NCBI GenBank assembly: GCA_913056515.1
Contig: CAJXMP010000001.1
Span: 1-59,415 of the forward strand
Direction of reading: 5' to 3'
Length of the DNA: 59,415 nt
Source: an uncultured Lewinella sp.
Lineage (GTDB): Bacteria > Bacteroidota > Bacteroidia > Chitinophagales > Saprospiraceae
Part shown: piece by piece, positions 36,832 to 46,618 of the stretch
How positions within the stretch are numbered: the first letter of the stretch is position 1
How the letters are laid out: each line of letters starts with the position of its first letter
Notes under the pieces: generated by a model
The model's input: the letters and a program-made list of their open reading frames with translations, nothing else
Database searches by the model: none
What the model was told of the DNA's origin: nothing
Made by a program: the position numbers and the translations under genes

Positions 36832-39765
36832 ATGAACTACATGAAACAGATTCAGGCAGTTAGATTAAGTTTAATAGGGATTGTATTACTGGGTATGTCA
36901 AGCTTGATGAGTGCTCAGTCTGCGTATTCTGATCGGGACCATTGGGTAGATTCTATATTTAACGAAATGACGGATGCAGAGCGAGTGGGGCAATTGTTTA
37001 TGGTCCGTGCACATTCCAATAAAGGTGAGGAGCATGTACAAAAATTAATGGATTGGGTGGAGGAGCAACAAGTGGGGGGGCTTTGCTTTTTTCAAGGAAA
37101 TCCAGAGGAGCAAGCTCGGATTAACAATTTACTTAATGAAAAAACCAAGCATGTCCCTTTATTAGTATCCTCTGACGCGGAGTGGGGGTTGGGTATGCGC
37201 TTAAAGAAATACGGGGTCTCTTTTCCATACAATATGGCACTAGGAGCTATTCAGGATAATAAGCTAATCTATGAATTGGGGCGGTATATAGCAGAGGATT
37301 GTAAACGAATGGGGATACATATTAATCTGGCACCAGTTGTAGATGTCAATAATAATGCGGCTAATCCGGTAATTAATTTTAGGTCTTTTGGAGAAGATAT
37401 TTACAATGTTGCAGTCAAGTCCAATATGTATGTACAAGGGCATGAGGATTATGGTGTTTTAGCTTGTGCTAAGCATTTTCCTGGGCATGGAGATACAGAT
37501 ACAGACTCTCATTTAGATTTGCCTATTATTAAACATGACAGAGATCGATTAGACTCTATAGAGTTATTTCCATTTAGGTTTTTAGCCAATCAAGGTGTTG
37601 GCTCTATGATGGTAGCGCACTTGAGTGTGCCGGCATTGGATACTACGGCTAATCTGCCAACTACCTTGTCAAAACCCGTTGTGACTGGAATCATTAGAGA
37701 GGAAATGGGGTACGACGGTTTGGTGATTACAGATGGATTGGATATGGATGGTGTGACTAAACATCATGCTAAAGGAAAGCTGGAAGGAAAGGCATTGGAT
37801 GCAGGGAATGATATCCTTTTGATTCCAAGTGAAGTGGAATTAGCTATAGCTAATATTTTGGATCGCCTAGAAGAAGGTTCTTTAGATCGAAATCAAGTTT
37901 ATACCAGTGTCAAGCGTGTTTTGAGGGCAAAATATGATTGTGGTTTAGCTAATTATCAACCCATCAAGACGGAGCAATTAGAAGCAGATTTACTTCGGCA
38001 AGAGTCGTTTGTATTCCGTAGGAAACTGATTGAGGCTTCGATGACTTTGGTTAGGGACGAGGCAGGACTACTTCCCTTGAGTCCGAAAGGCAAACAAAAC
38101 TTAAGTATAGCTCTAGGTACTTCATCCAAGAATACTTTTCAATCTCGACTAAGTGACTTTGGGACATTTGATGATATGCAAGCATCAGGCGAGTTGAGTA
38201 AATCTAAGCAAAAGAAGTTTGTACAGCGTGCTAAGAATTATGATAATGTCGTTGTTAGTTTACATGGCATGAGTAATTCGAAATCAAAGGATTTTGGACT
38301 ACATGCTTCTCAGGTAGATTTAATCAAATCTTTAGCTGCACAAGGCAAGCTTACCTTAGTTGTTTTCGGCAATCCATATTCCTTGAGCTTTTTTGATGAG
38401 GTAGGGACTGTATTAGTGGCCTATTCAGATCAAAAAGATGTACAAGATATTGCCGCTCAATCCTTGATGGGGGTATATCGTATTGATGGTAAGCTACCGG
38501 TTACTGCTTCCGAGAAGTCTGCTTTTGATGATGGACTTGTGGTTAAAAAGAAATTTGTAATGGGATTCGCCCAACCTACGGATATGGGCTTAAATGGAAA
38601 ATTGGAGTATTGGGTGGATTCCCTTGCTCAGGAGTCCATTACGAAAAGGGCCACTCCTGGATGTATGGTTTTGGTAGCCAAAGATGGCCATATTTTATTG
38701 GAGAAAGCCTATGGTTATCAAACCTACAAAAAGCGTAAGGCTATAGAGGAAGATAATCTTTTTGATTTGGCATCAGTGACTAAGATAGCAGCTACTACAC
38801 TATCTGTAATGGCGCTTGTCGAAGACCAGCAGGTAGGTTTACATGATGAATTAGGTATGCATATTCCTTCTTTGAAGGGCAGTAATAAGGAGCATTTGAT
38901 TATTGAGGATGTATTGAGGCACAGAGCGGGTTTAAAAGCTTGGATTCCTTTTTATCAAGAAACCATTGATGATAGGAATAGACCTGTAGACTCCTTGTAC
39001 AAGCGGAAGCCAGATGATTTATTTAATGTAGAGGTTGCCAGAAATTTATACATGAAACAATCTTATGTTGATTCGATCTGGTCTCGGATTATCACTTCAG
39101 AAATTGATCCCGAGCAGGGTTATGTATACAGTGATCTTGGTTTTTATTTGATGGCTGCATTGGTGAAGGTCAAAACAGGTCAGACCTTGGATGTTTTTGT
39201 CGAGGAAAAATATTATAAACCCTTAGGTTTGGATCGAATTGGTTTTAGACCATTGGAGCATTTTTCTAAGTCAGAGATTCCCCCTACGGAAAAAGATAAT
39301 TATTTTAGACAGCAGACAGTACAAGGGTATGTGCATGATATGGGAGCTGGTATGTTAGGCGGCGTTTCAGGCCATGCTGGTTTATTTGGAAGTGGTCGAG
39401 ATCTGGCAGTTTTAATGCAAATGATGTTAAATGGGGGAAGATATAATGGTCAGCAATACTTAAGTGCCAATACTATTCGTACTTTTACCCAACGGTGTGG
39501 GGAGTGTTACCGACGTGGTGTTGGTTTTGATATGAAGCAAACGGAGGATGGAGTAACCTTGAATATGGCGGAGTCAGCTTCGGAATTTACTTTTGGACAC
39601 TTAGGATTTACTGGAATTGCTTGTTGGGTGGATCCAGTTCACGATTTGATCTACATTTTTCTATCAAATAGAACCTATCCCAGCATGAAGAATAATAAAC
39701 TTGGAAGCTTAAACTATAGGCCTAAAATCCAGGAGGAAGTATATAGGTCTATACGTGAAAAATAA
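36832..39765 (+). CDS. Secreted fusion: GH3 beta-N-acetylhexosaminidase (NagZ-like) domain plus beta-lactamase/serine hydrolase domain
   Basis: Signal peptide. KHFPGHGDTDTDSH GH3 motif. C-terminal SxxK (ASVTK), YSDLGF and GHAG motifs of class-C-like serine hydrolases. Confidence 0.85.
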   Translation: MNYMKQIQAVRLSLIGIVLLGMSSLMSAQSAYSDRDHWVDSIFNEMTDAERVGQLFMVRAHSNKGEEHVQKLMDWVEEQQVGGLCFFQGNPEEQARINNLLNEKTKHVPLLVSSDAEWGLGMRLKKYGVSFPYNMALGAIQDNKLIYELGRYIAEDCKRMGIHINLAPVVDVNNNAANPVINFRSFGEDIYNVAVKSNMYVQGHEDYGVLACAKHFPGHGDTDTDSHLDLPIIKHDRDRLDSIELFPFRFLANQGVGSMMVAHLSVPALDTTANLPTTLSKPVVTGIIREEMGYDGLVITDGLDMDGVTKHHAKGKLEGKALDAGNDILLIPSEVELAIANILDRLEEGSLDRNQVYTSVKRVLRAKYDCGLANYQPIKTEQLEADLLRQESFVFRRKLIEASMTLVRDEAGLLPLSPKGKQNLSIALGTSSKNTFQSRLSDFGTFDDMQASGELSKSKQKKFVQRAKNYDNVVVSLHGMSNSKSKDFGLHASQVDLIKSLAAQGKLTLVVFGNPYSLSFFDEVGTVLVAYSDQKDVQDIAAQSLMGVYRIDGKLPVTASEKSAFDDGLVVKKKFVMGFAQPTDMGLNGKLEYWVDSLAQESITKRATPGCMVLVAKDGHILLEKAYGYQTYKKRKAIEEDNLFDLASVTKIAATTLSVMALVEDQQVGLHDELGMHIPSLKGSNKEHLIIEDVLRHRAGLKAWIPFYQETIDDRNRPVDSLYKRKPDDLFNVEVARNLYMKQSYVDSIWSRIITSEIDPEQGYVYSDLGFYLMAALVKVKTGQTLDVFVEEKYYKPLGLDRIGFRPLEHFSKSEIPPTEKDNYFRQQTVQGYVHDMGAGMLGGVSGHAGLFGSGRDLAVLMQMMLNGGRYNGQQYLSANTIRTFTQRCGECYRRGVGFDMKQTEDGVTLNMAESASEFTFGHLGFTGIACWVDPVHDLIYIFLSNRTYPSMKNNKLGSLNYRPKIQEEVYRSIREK

Positions 39766-39770
39766 AAAGC

Positions 39771-40997
39771 ATGCGCTTAGTTTTTAAGATTGCTCGCAGA
39801 TATCTTTTTTCTCGAAAATACTCGAATGCTATTCATTTGATAACGGGTATATCCATTCTGGGAATGACTATTGGGACAGCTGCCTTGGTCTTAATCATGT
39901 CTGTATTTAATGGCTTTGAGGATCTATTAAAAAGCCTATATAGTAATTTCAATCCAGATATTCGTATCGAAGCTGCACGAGGCAAATATTTCCAAGTAAA
40001 CGATTCGTTAGAGCTTGATTTACGGTCTATTGAGGGTATAGATGAAGTAGCTAAGAGTATTGAGTTTGTTTCTATTTTTGAATATGACGACAGCCAAGAT
40101 ATTGGTATGTTAAAAGGTGTTAGCGCAAATTATAATGTAGTTAGTGGTATTGATACCATGATCCGAACGGGGGATTATTTTTTTGAAAAAGATGGTCTAG
40201 ATTATTTGGTGTTGGGTTATGGTATGGGCTACAAATTGGATGTCTATGTGGAGAACCAATTGAGTAGTCGAATGAACATTTATGCGCCTAGGAATAATAA
40301 AGGATCGATCATGAGCAGACCGTATAAGATGAAGTCTGCTTTTCCTGCGGGAAAGTTTGCAGTACAGGAAGAATATGACAATAGGTATATTCTTTCTTCC
40401 TTGAAGTATGCTCAATCTTTATCGGGGAAAAAGAACCAGTTAAGTGCTTATGAAATAAGCTTGAAACCGGGGTATAGTTTTGATGATGTGGAAGAGGCGG
40501 TTTTTACTTTACTAGGGGCGGATTATGTAGTTAAGAATAGGTTTGAGCAGCAGGCGGCGTATTTGAGGATTATGAATATTGAAAAGTTATTGGGATTTGC
40601 TTTGTTGAGTTTAACTTTGGTTTTAGTGGCCTTTAATATGGTAGGTGCATTATTGATGATTGTATTAGCAAAGCGGAAGGATATTGCAGTGTTGAAATCT
40701 ATGGGTGCAACGGATCAAATGATTTGGCGCATATTCTTGATGGAGGGGGTCTTGATGAGTGCTATTGGTTTAATCATAGGATTAGTTCTAGCTATTGGAA
40801 TATATGTTGTGCACAAACAATTGCCGCATGGTTTGATTTCCTTAGCTCAAGGGTTTGTACAACCTGCTTATCCAGCTAGTTTGAGGATTGGTGATTTGAT
40901 TATGGTATCAATAACTGTTCTATTTATAGGTGGTTTGGCTGGGTTGATACCGGCCAATAAGGCGAGAAAGATTTCAGCAACTTTTTCTGAATTATAA
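39771..40997 (+). CDS. FtsX-like ABC permease (LolC/LolE family)
   Basis: 408 aa. N-terminal TM helix, MacB-like periplasmic domain, and C-terminal FtsX 3-TM bundle. Confidence 0.8.
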   Translation: MRLVFKIARRYLFSRKYSNAIHLITGISILGMTIGTAALVLIMSVFNGFEDLLKSLYSNFNPDIRIEAARGKYFQVNDSLELDLRSIEGIDEVAKSIEFVSIFEYDDSQDIGMLKGVSANYNVVSGIDTMIRTGDYFFEKDGLDYLVLGYGMGYKLDVYVENQLSSRMNIYAPRNNKGSIMSRPYKMKSAFPAGKFAVQEEYDNRYILSSLKYAQSLSGKKNQLSAYEISLKPGYSFDDVEEAVFTLLGADYVVKNRFEQQAAYLRIMNIEKLLGFALLSLTLVLVAFNMVGALLMIVLAKRKDIAVLKSMGATDQMIWRIFLMEGVLMSAIGLIIGLVLAIGIYVVHKQLPHGLISLAQGFVQPAYPASLRIGDLIMVSITVLFIGGLAGLIPANKARKISATFSEL

Positions 40998-41009
40998 TAT
41001 GAAAGGATT

Positions 41010-41369
41010 ATGGAGGCTTGGGAATTAGAGTTTGACTGGTTGCGTATAAGGCATTATGTCAAGGATAGTATTAGAGGGGATGTTTTACCTGATCTAAACG
41101 CTATCTTGTTTTTGATTGGCATTCAAGAATTAGGTCAATTGCGGTCTGAATTTTCTAAGGAGGAAAAACAAGATTTGATGCACATAGCCGTCTGTAGGTT
41201 GATGAGTATGGACGGAGTTTATTCTTTTGAAGGTATTGATGAGGAGGGTTGGCCACATTGGAATCAAGTAAAGACTATAAGTAAGAAAGGTGAAGCTGAA
41301 CAAGAGCAATACCTTAAATCTTTAGTAATAAGATATTTTGATGCACTAAATAAAAAAGGAAATGAATAG
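41010..41369 (+). CDS. Hypothetical protein, 119 aa
   Basis: ORF only. Its last 8 nt overlap the next gene. Confidence 0.5.
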   Translation: MEAWELEFDWLRIRHYVKDSIRGDVLPDLNAILFLIGIQELGQLRSEFSKEEKQDLMHIAVCRLMSMDGVYSFEGIDEEGWPHWNQVKTISKKGEAEQEQYLKSLVIRYFDALNKKGNE

Positions 41370-42024
41370 AGTTTTATTAGTCATTACAGGCTTTTTGTTG
41401 ATGTTCTCAGCTTGTACAAGCGACAAAGGACCGAAGCAATTTGTAGTTGAAACAGACTTGGGAAATATGACTTTTGAGTTGTTTGATGAAACACCGGGTC
41501 ATAGAGATAATTTTATTAAACTCGCTGAAGCGGGTTTTTATGATGGCACGTTATTTCATAGAGTTATGGGCAACTTCATGATTCAAGGTGGAGATCCTGA
41601 TTCTAGGGGAGCTGCTCCAAGTATGCGATTAGGTATGGGAGGCCCTGGATATACTATTCCTGCGGAGATTTTACCACAATTTATCCATACTAAGGGTATG
41701 TTAGCGGCGGCAAGAAGGCCAGATGCGGTCAATCCTGAAAAGCAAAGTTCAGGTTCACAGTTCTACATTGTTCATGGAGCCCCTGTGAATCCACAGATGT
41801 TAGAAATGTTTAATAATCAGCGTGCTGGAAAATTCACCTATACTGCAGAACAAATGGCTGAGTATGCAGCAACGCAAGGGACTCCTAATTTAGATGGAGA
41901 TTATACTATTTTTGGACGAATGATAGATGGATTTGAGGTGTTGGATGCTATAGCGGCTATGCAAGTAGATCGAGCAAACAGACCACTGCAAGATGTAGCT
42001 ATGAAGGTTAAACTTTTAAATTAA
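41362..42024 (+). CDS. Cyclophilin-type peptidyl-prolyl isomerase, lipoprotein
   Basis: Lipobox LMFSAC. FHRVMGNFMIQGGDP and SSGSQFYIVHG motifs. Confidence 0.9.
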   Translation: MNRVLLVITGFLLMFSACTSDKGPKQFVVETDLGNMTFELFDETPGHRDNFIKLAEAGFYDGTLFHRVMGNFMIQGGDPDSRGAAPSMRLGMGGPGYTIPAEILPQFIHTKGMLAAARRPDAVNPEKQSSGSQFYIVHGAPVNPQMLEMFNNQRAGKFTYTAEQMAEYAATQGTPNLDGDYTIFGRMIDGFEVLDAIAAMQVDRANRPLQDVAMKVKLLN

Positions 42025-42911
42025 TGATTGGTAGAATTTTATTGTGGAGTTTTCTGATTGCTGTGCTGGTGGCTTGTGCTAGGCCTGTGGCTCAGTTTAC
42101 ATACGAAGACACTTCTTATCAAGTTTTTGATTCAATTTCGTTCAATAATTTATCCGCTGATGCGGAATTATTCAAGTGGGATTTTGGTGATGGTGATACA
42201 TCTAGCCTAGCCTTCCCTACCCATCAATTTAATCGATCTGGTAATTACGAGGTTACCTTATATGCGAGTAAAGGGGCTCATACTGATACCATTCAGAAAC
42301 GAATTTTGGTTCGAGCTTCTGACCATTGTTTAGTGGAATTAGAGACTAGTTTTGGAACGATGATATTGGAGCTGTATGAAGATACTCCGATTCATTTAGA
42401 GAACTTTTCTAAGCTCGTTGAAGGGGAATACTATGATGGCTTGTTGTTTCATAGGGTAATTGAAGGCTTTATGATTCAGGGTGGTGATCCAAATTCTAGA
42501 AACGCACAAAGTGGATCTGCATTAGGTATGGGCGGCCCAGGGTATACTATCCCAAATGAGATAGACGCAGGGCATATTCATTTGAATGGTGCATTAGCAG
42601 CTGCTCGAACCGGGGACGAGGTGAATCCAAATAGAGAAAGTTCGGGTTCACAGTTCTACATTGTACATGGTTCAAAGCTCAATGAAGATATGCTAGAGAG
42701 TATACAAGCTCGAAATGGCATGAACTATAGCCCAGAACAGCGCGCAGCATATTTAGAATATGGCGGTACGCCTTTCTTAGACGGTCAATACACGGTATTT
42801 GGGCGTGTGATTAGCGGACTAGATGTTATTGAGGCTATTGCCACCGTTCAAAAAGACCCAAATAATCGTCCAATTGAAGATGTAGCAATGAAAATGCGAT
42901 TTATTGATTAA
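42024..42911 (+). CDS. PKD domain plus cyclophilin-type peptidyl-prolyl isomerase, lipoprotein
   Basis: Lipobox LVAC. PKD signature WDFGDGDTS. FHRVIEGFMIQGGDP and SSGSQFYIVHG motifs. Confidence 0.9.
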   Translation: MIGRILLWSFLIAVLVACARPVAQFTYEDTSYQVFDSISFNNLSADAELFKWDFGDGDTSSLAFPTHQFNRSGNYEVTLYASKGAHTDTIQKRILVRASDHCLVELETSFGTMILELYEDTPIHLENFSKLVEGEYYDGLLFHRVIEGFMIQGGDPNSRNAQSGSALGMGGPGYTIPNEIDAGHIHLNGALAAARTGDEVNPNRESSGSQFYIVHGSKLNEDMLESIQARNGMNYSPEQRAAYLEYGGTPFLDGQYTVFGRVISGLDVIEAIATVQKDPNNRPIEDVAMKMRFID

Positions 42912-42920
42912 TAAGGTGTT

Positions 42921-42955
42921 AGGTATTCCATCACATTATATAGTTTGGAATACCT
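42921..42955. terminator. 10-bp hairpin between convergent genes
   Basis: AGGTATTCCA ... TGGAATACCT with a 15-nt loop. The right arm overlaps the last codons of the minus-strand TPR gene. Confidence 0.45.
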
Positions 42956-44342
42956 GTACTAGAGTTTTTAAATCACTGTCGTTTATAAGTTTCGGAAGAA
43001 AGTTATAAATCGCATTGATTGCTTTTACATCCTCTTCTGCAATTTGGTTTAGTATTTCAAAGGCCAAGAATCTTTGGTCCATTTCTATCCAAATAGCCGC
43101 TTGTAAGAGATCTAGTTGAGTATGATAAGTGCTTAGCAAGGCTTCTTCTAGTAAAGCATTGCACTGCTCGAAATCTTCTTGATGTAAGTAGCTCAGAATT
43201 AGTTTTACCCAAGATTCATGATTAATGGGGTCTAATGCTATACTTTTGAGCAGGTGTTGCTTCATAGCATAGGTGTCTCCTAATTCTTCATAAATATCTG
43301 CAGCAATGTTGTGAAAGATTTCATTGTCTGCATTAAGTTTAAGAGCCATATTGACATACTCTATAGCTACTAGATAATCCTTGCGCTCTATTTCAATTTG
43401 AGCTAATAAAAAATAGATCTCTTCTTCATCAGGATAATATTCCTGTGCAAAATGTAAGATCTGAGCAGCATTATCAATTTTACTCAATTGCATGAAGCAA
43501 AAGGCAGTTTGTAAGAAATGATCTATGGTTGGATCAAAGTGCTCAATAATATGCAGTAATTCATCCAATGCTAAAACATATTGCCCCGATTCTAAAAAGA
43601 GTTCTAGTTTAGCTTCAGATGCTGGAAGATATCTATGAGTAGCTATTGAAGCAAAGTCAAATGCTTCAAGTGCTTTTAATTTATTACCCTTGTTAAGCTG
43701 AATTTTTCCCAATAAAAACCAAAGCTGATATGCAAAAGGATTTTTATCTAGGATTTCTTCTAAAAAGGATTGATTTTGGTCGAGTTCTTCTGGTTTAGAC
43801 AATAGGCTCAACAGTTGTTGTTGGACTAATTGATTGTCTGTATCTAATTTGATGGCCTGCTTCAATAAGTCAATGGCCAAGAAATCTAGTTTTACAGCTA
43901 AAGCACATTGTGCCTTTAAGTAAAGGTGCATACAAGCCTGCTCATTGCTTGTTATTGGAATAGATTCTAATACATGTTCTGCTTCGCCAATTCTATTCAT
44001 TTCGATGAATAGCTCAGCTTGGAGCATTTTGTAGTCATACGTTGTTAGTACTGAACGTGCCTGATACTCTAATAGGTCTTTCGCTTCCTCCAAGTTATTA
44101 CTAAGCATCAATACTTGAATAAGTTTGGCATAAATTTCGGAATGAACAGGTCTATTTGAAACCGCAAATTCTAGAGTAAGAATTGCGTGTGCAAGAGCTT
44201 TACTTTCCAAAAGTAAATCAGCAACTCCTAGTATATCTTCAGTTGATAGTGCGCTTAGAATAGTATGATCTAATTCATCCTTTTCTTGGATGATATTACT
44301 AATAAATAGTAGATCGAATTGGTTTGATCTTCCTAGCTTCAT
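42936..44342 (-). CDS. Tetratricopeptide repeat protein
   Basis: 468 aa of repeated about 34-residue helical units (A/Y/L periodicity). No signal peptide. Confidence 0.7.
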   Translation of the reverse strand: MKLGRSNQFDLLFISNIIQEKDELDHTILSALSTEDILGVADLLLESKALAHAILTLEFAVSNRPVHSEIYAKLIQVLMLSNNLEEAKDLLEYQARSVLTTYDYKMLQAELFIEMNRIGEAEHVLESIPITSNEQACMHLYLKAQCALAVKLDFLAIDLLKQAIKLDTDNQLVQQQLLSLLSKPEELDQNQSFLEEILDKNPFAYQLWFLLGKIQLNKGNKLKALEAFDFASIATHRYLPASEAKLELFLESGQYVLALDELLHIIEHFDPTIDHFLQTAFCFMQLSKIDNAAQILHFAQEYYPDEEEIYFLLAQIEIERKDYLVAIEYVNMALKLNADNEIFHNIAADIYEELGDTYAMKQHLLKSIALDPINHESWVKLILSYLHQEDFEQCNALLEEALLSTYHTQLDLLQAAIWIEMDQRFLAFEILNQIAEEDVKAINAIYNFLPKLINDSDLKTLVQVFQTI

Positions 44343-44632
44343 CGATAGGGGGTTTGGTCTTTGCTTTTAATTTAAATGGTATTCTGATTTTGGTAAATTT
44401 TAGGGGTTTTTCAGAATAAATGCCCAATTAAATAGTAGTTATGCAGTTTAAATTACATAAAATAATTAGGCAATTTAACTATCGACAAAACATTGTTTTA
44501 TTTATAATTTATTATAAAAAATATTTAAACAAGACGTATTGTGTTTATTGTTTTATTACTTCGTTCATTTTCAATGAAATACAAATTTGAAGTATGTATT
44601 TCTAGGTTTCTAGCTGCACGAAAATTTTTACA

Positions 44633-45574
44633 TTATTTTTTTTGATAATTGAAAAATGCACTTAAATACAGTCCAATACTGATCAAAATGGCGGATAGGA
44701 TGGTCGTTCCTTCTAATCTATAAGCAGAAAATAGTATAGCGATCATGGTTGCGACTAGTGGCTGCAGATAAATATATGCCGAAACCACCGTCGGATTAAC
44801 TAGGGTAAGTGCCTTAGCATTTAAAAGGTAGGCTAAGAATGTTGTGCCAATTATTACAAAAGCTACAGCAAGCCAGATTTGGGCAGTAAAGGTTTGTACT
44901 TGAATTTGAATGAATTCTTTATAACCAAATGGAATAACATATAGAAAACCAAAAAAGAAGACCCATTTAACTATGGTAAGCGGATTGTATTTTTTCATTA
45001 ATCGCTTTACTATAACTAAATATATAGCATAAGAACTGGCATTTACTAGTATGAGCAAGTCCCCGCCGATACTCGCTTCTCCTGCCGACGAACTGGCTCT
45101 ATTAAGTATGAGTAGGGCGGCTCCAGATGCTCCAATGATTAGCCCCATTATTCGGATGAGTGTAATTTTCTCTTTAAGCAATATGGAAGATGCAATTAGC
45201 ACTAACATAGGAGCGGTAAGCATGATCAGTGAGGCATGAACAGAGCTGGTTAATTTGAGCCCATTGAAGAAACACAATTGGTTTATAGCTACACCAAAGA
45301 GTCCGCACACTGCAATCAGCGGTATATCCTTCCGTTCAACCCTTTCCTGAATAAAAAAGTGGTGAAATAAAAAGAATAATACAAAGCCGAGGCCCGCTCG
45401 AATTAATATAAATCCATTTGGTGCAATGTAACCATCGTTTAGCACAAGTTTGGCTATGGAGTAATTTGCTCCATAAATCAATGCTACGATGAGCAAGAAA
45501 ATGTGTGCTTTTAAAACAGTTCTTTCCACCTTTAGAAGAATTTGCTCCAAATGTAATTTAAATCTGTGATTCAT
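44633..45574 (-). CDS. DMT superfamily (EamA) transporter
   Basis: 313 aa, 10 TM helices, with duplicated EamA-like halves. Confidence 0.8.
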   Translation of the reverse strand: MNHRFKLHLEQILLKVERTVLKAHIFLLIVALIYGANYSIAKLVLNDGYIAPNGFILIRAGLGFVLFFLFHHFFIQERVERKDIPLIAVCGLFGVAINQLCFFNGLKLTSSVHASLIMLTAPMLVLIASSILLKEKITLIRIMGLIIGASGAALLILNRASSSAGEASIGGDLLILVNASSYAIYLVIVKRLMKKYNPLTIVKWVFFFGFLYVIPFGYKEFIQIQVQTFTAQIWLAVAFVIIGTTFLAYLLNAKALTLVNPTVVSAYIYLQPLVATMIAILFSAYRLEGTTILSAILISIGLYLSAFFNYQKK

Positions 45575-45667
45575 AGATTAATTCTAGGATAAATACTTTC
45601 ACATTTATGCTTGGTTTTTCACATTCATTATATTTATGGTCTATTCTTTATTCTTTAATGTTTTGAT

Positions 45668-46594
45668 ATGAATTTTAAACACATACTCCTTTGTGTACTA
45701 GCCTTTTGTACCTTTCAACTATCTTACGGACAGGCTCCAGTCGATTCTGTAGAAACAACACCAAATTATTGGAAGGTTGGGGGAGGCTTGGGCTTAGATT
45801 TTGCCCAACTTTTACAGATTAATCCAAGACCGGGTGCAGGTGATAATCGGATTGGATTTGGTGGTCTGAATAATTGGTTTTTGAACTATAAAAAGAATAA
45901 TATAGCTTGGGAAAACAACGTAACCTTGCAATTATCAGTTCAAAAACTAGGTATTGAAGATTCCTTGTTTGTGAAAAACTTAGACGTTTTTCGCTTTAAC
46001 TCCAAGTTTGGATTTAAAGGACAAGATGAACGCTTGTTTTTTGCTGCTGAACTTCAAACGCAGACTTTATTGCTCAATACCTATGAAGGTAACGTAGTTC
46101 GAAATACAGCTGGGGATCGAGCAAGTTTAGCTAAGTTCTTATCTCCCATTACAGCTACTTTTTCACCTGGTTTAGATTACAAACCTAACGAAAAACTATC
46201 CTTGTTTTATTCACCTATTTCTTACAAAATAATCTATGTCAATGATCCTGAAATTGCCGCTTTGAATATTCATGGTAATTTGGTGGGTGAACGCTCATTA
46301 AGGCAGATGGGATCCAATTTAAAGATGGTGTATTCGAATAAGTTTTTTGATGACAAGATGAATCTGAACTCTTCACTAGATCTATTCTCTAATTATTTGG
46401 TGAAACCCCAGAACATTGATGTATTATGGAAAACGGATATTAATATTCAGCTACTCAAGAATATATCTTTGAATTTGGTGACAGAATTCTTTTATGATGA
46501 TGATGTACGTGTGGTTTTAGATAGCACAGGTGATACTGGTGTAGCATTAAGTTTTACAGAAGCTCTTTTAATTAAGTACAATATCATATTTTAA
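45668..46594 (+). CDS. Putative outer-membrane beta-barrel protein (DUF3078-like)
   Basis: Signal peptide (AFCTFQLSYGQ), alternating beta-strand pattern, and a C-terminal aromatic residue (IIF). The family name is from memory only. Confidence 0.5.
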   Translation: MNFKHILLCVLAFCTFQLSYGQAPVDSVETTPNYWKVGGGLGLDFAQLLQINPRPGAGDNRIGFGGLNNWFLNYKKNNIAWENNVTLQLSVQKLGIEDSLFVKNLDVFRFNSKFGFKGQDERLFFAAELQTQTLLLNTYEGNVVRNTAGDRASLAKFLSPITATFSPGLDYKPNEKLSLFYSPISYKIIYVNDPEIAALNIHGNLVGERSLRQMGSNLKMVYSNKFFDDKMNLNSSLDLFSNYLVKPQNIDVLWKTDINIQLLKNISLNLVTEFFYDDDVRVVLDSTGDTGVALSFTEALLIKYNIIF

Positions 46595-46618
46595 AGGTAT
46601 TATAAATCTGCTCTTACT

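Noticed and set aside
44441-44587. 48-codon plus-strand ORF (MQFKLHKIIRQFNYRQ...) inside the AT-rich gap.
   Set aside because: Its extreme AT-driven amino-acid composition (I, K, N, Y, F), its position on the strand opposite both neighbours, and the lack of a promoter box make it very unlikely to be coding.
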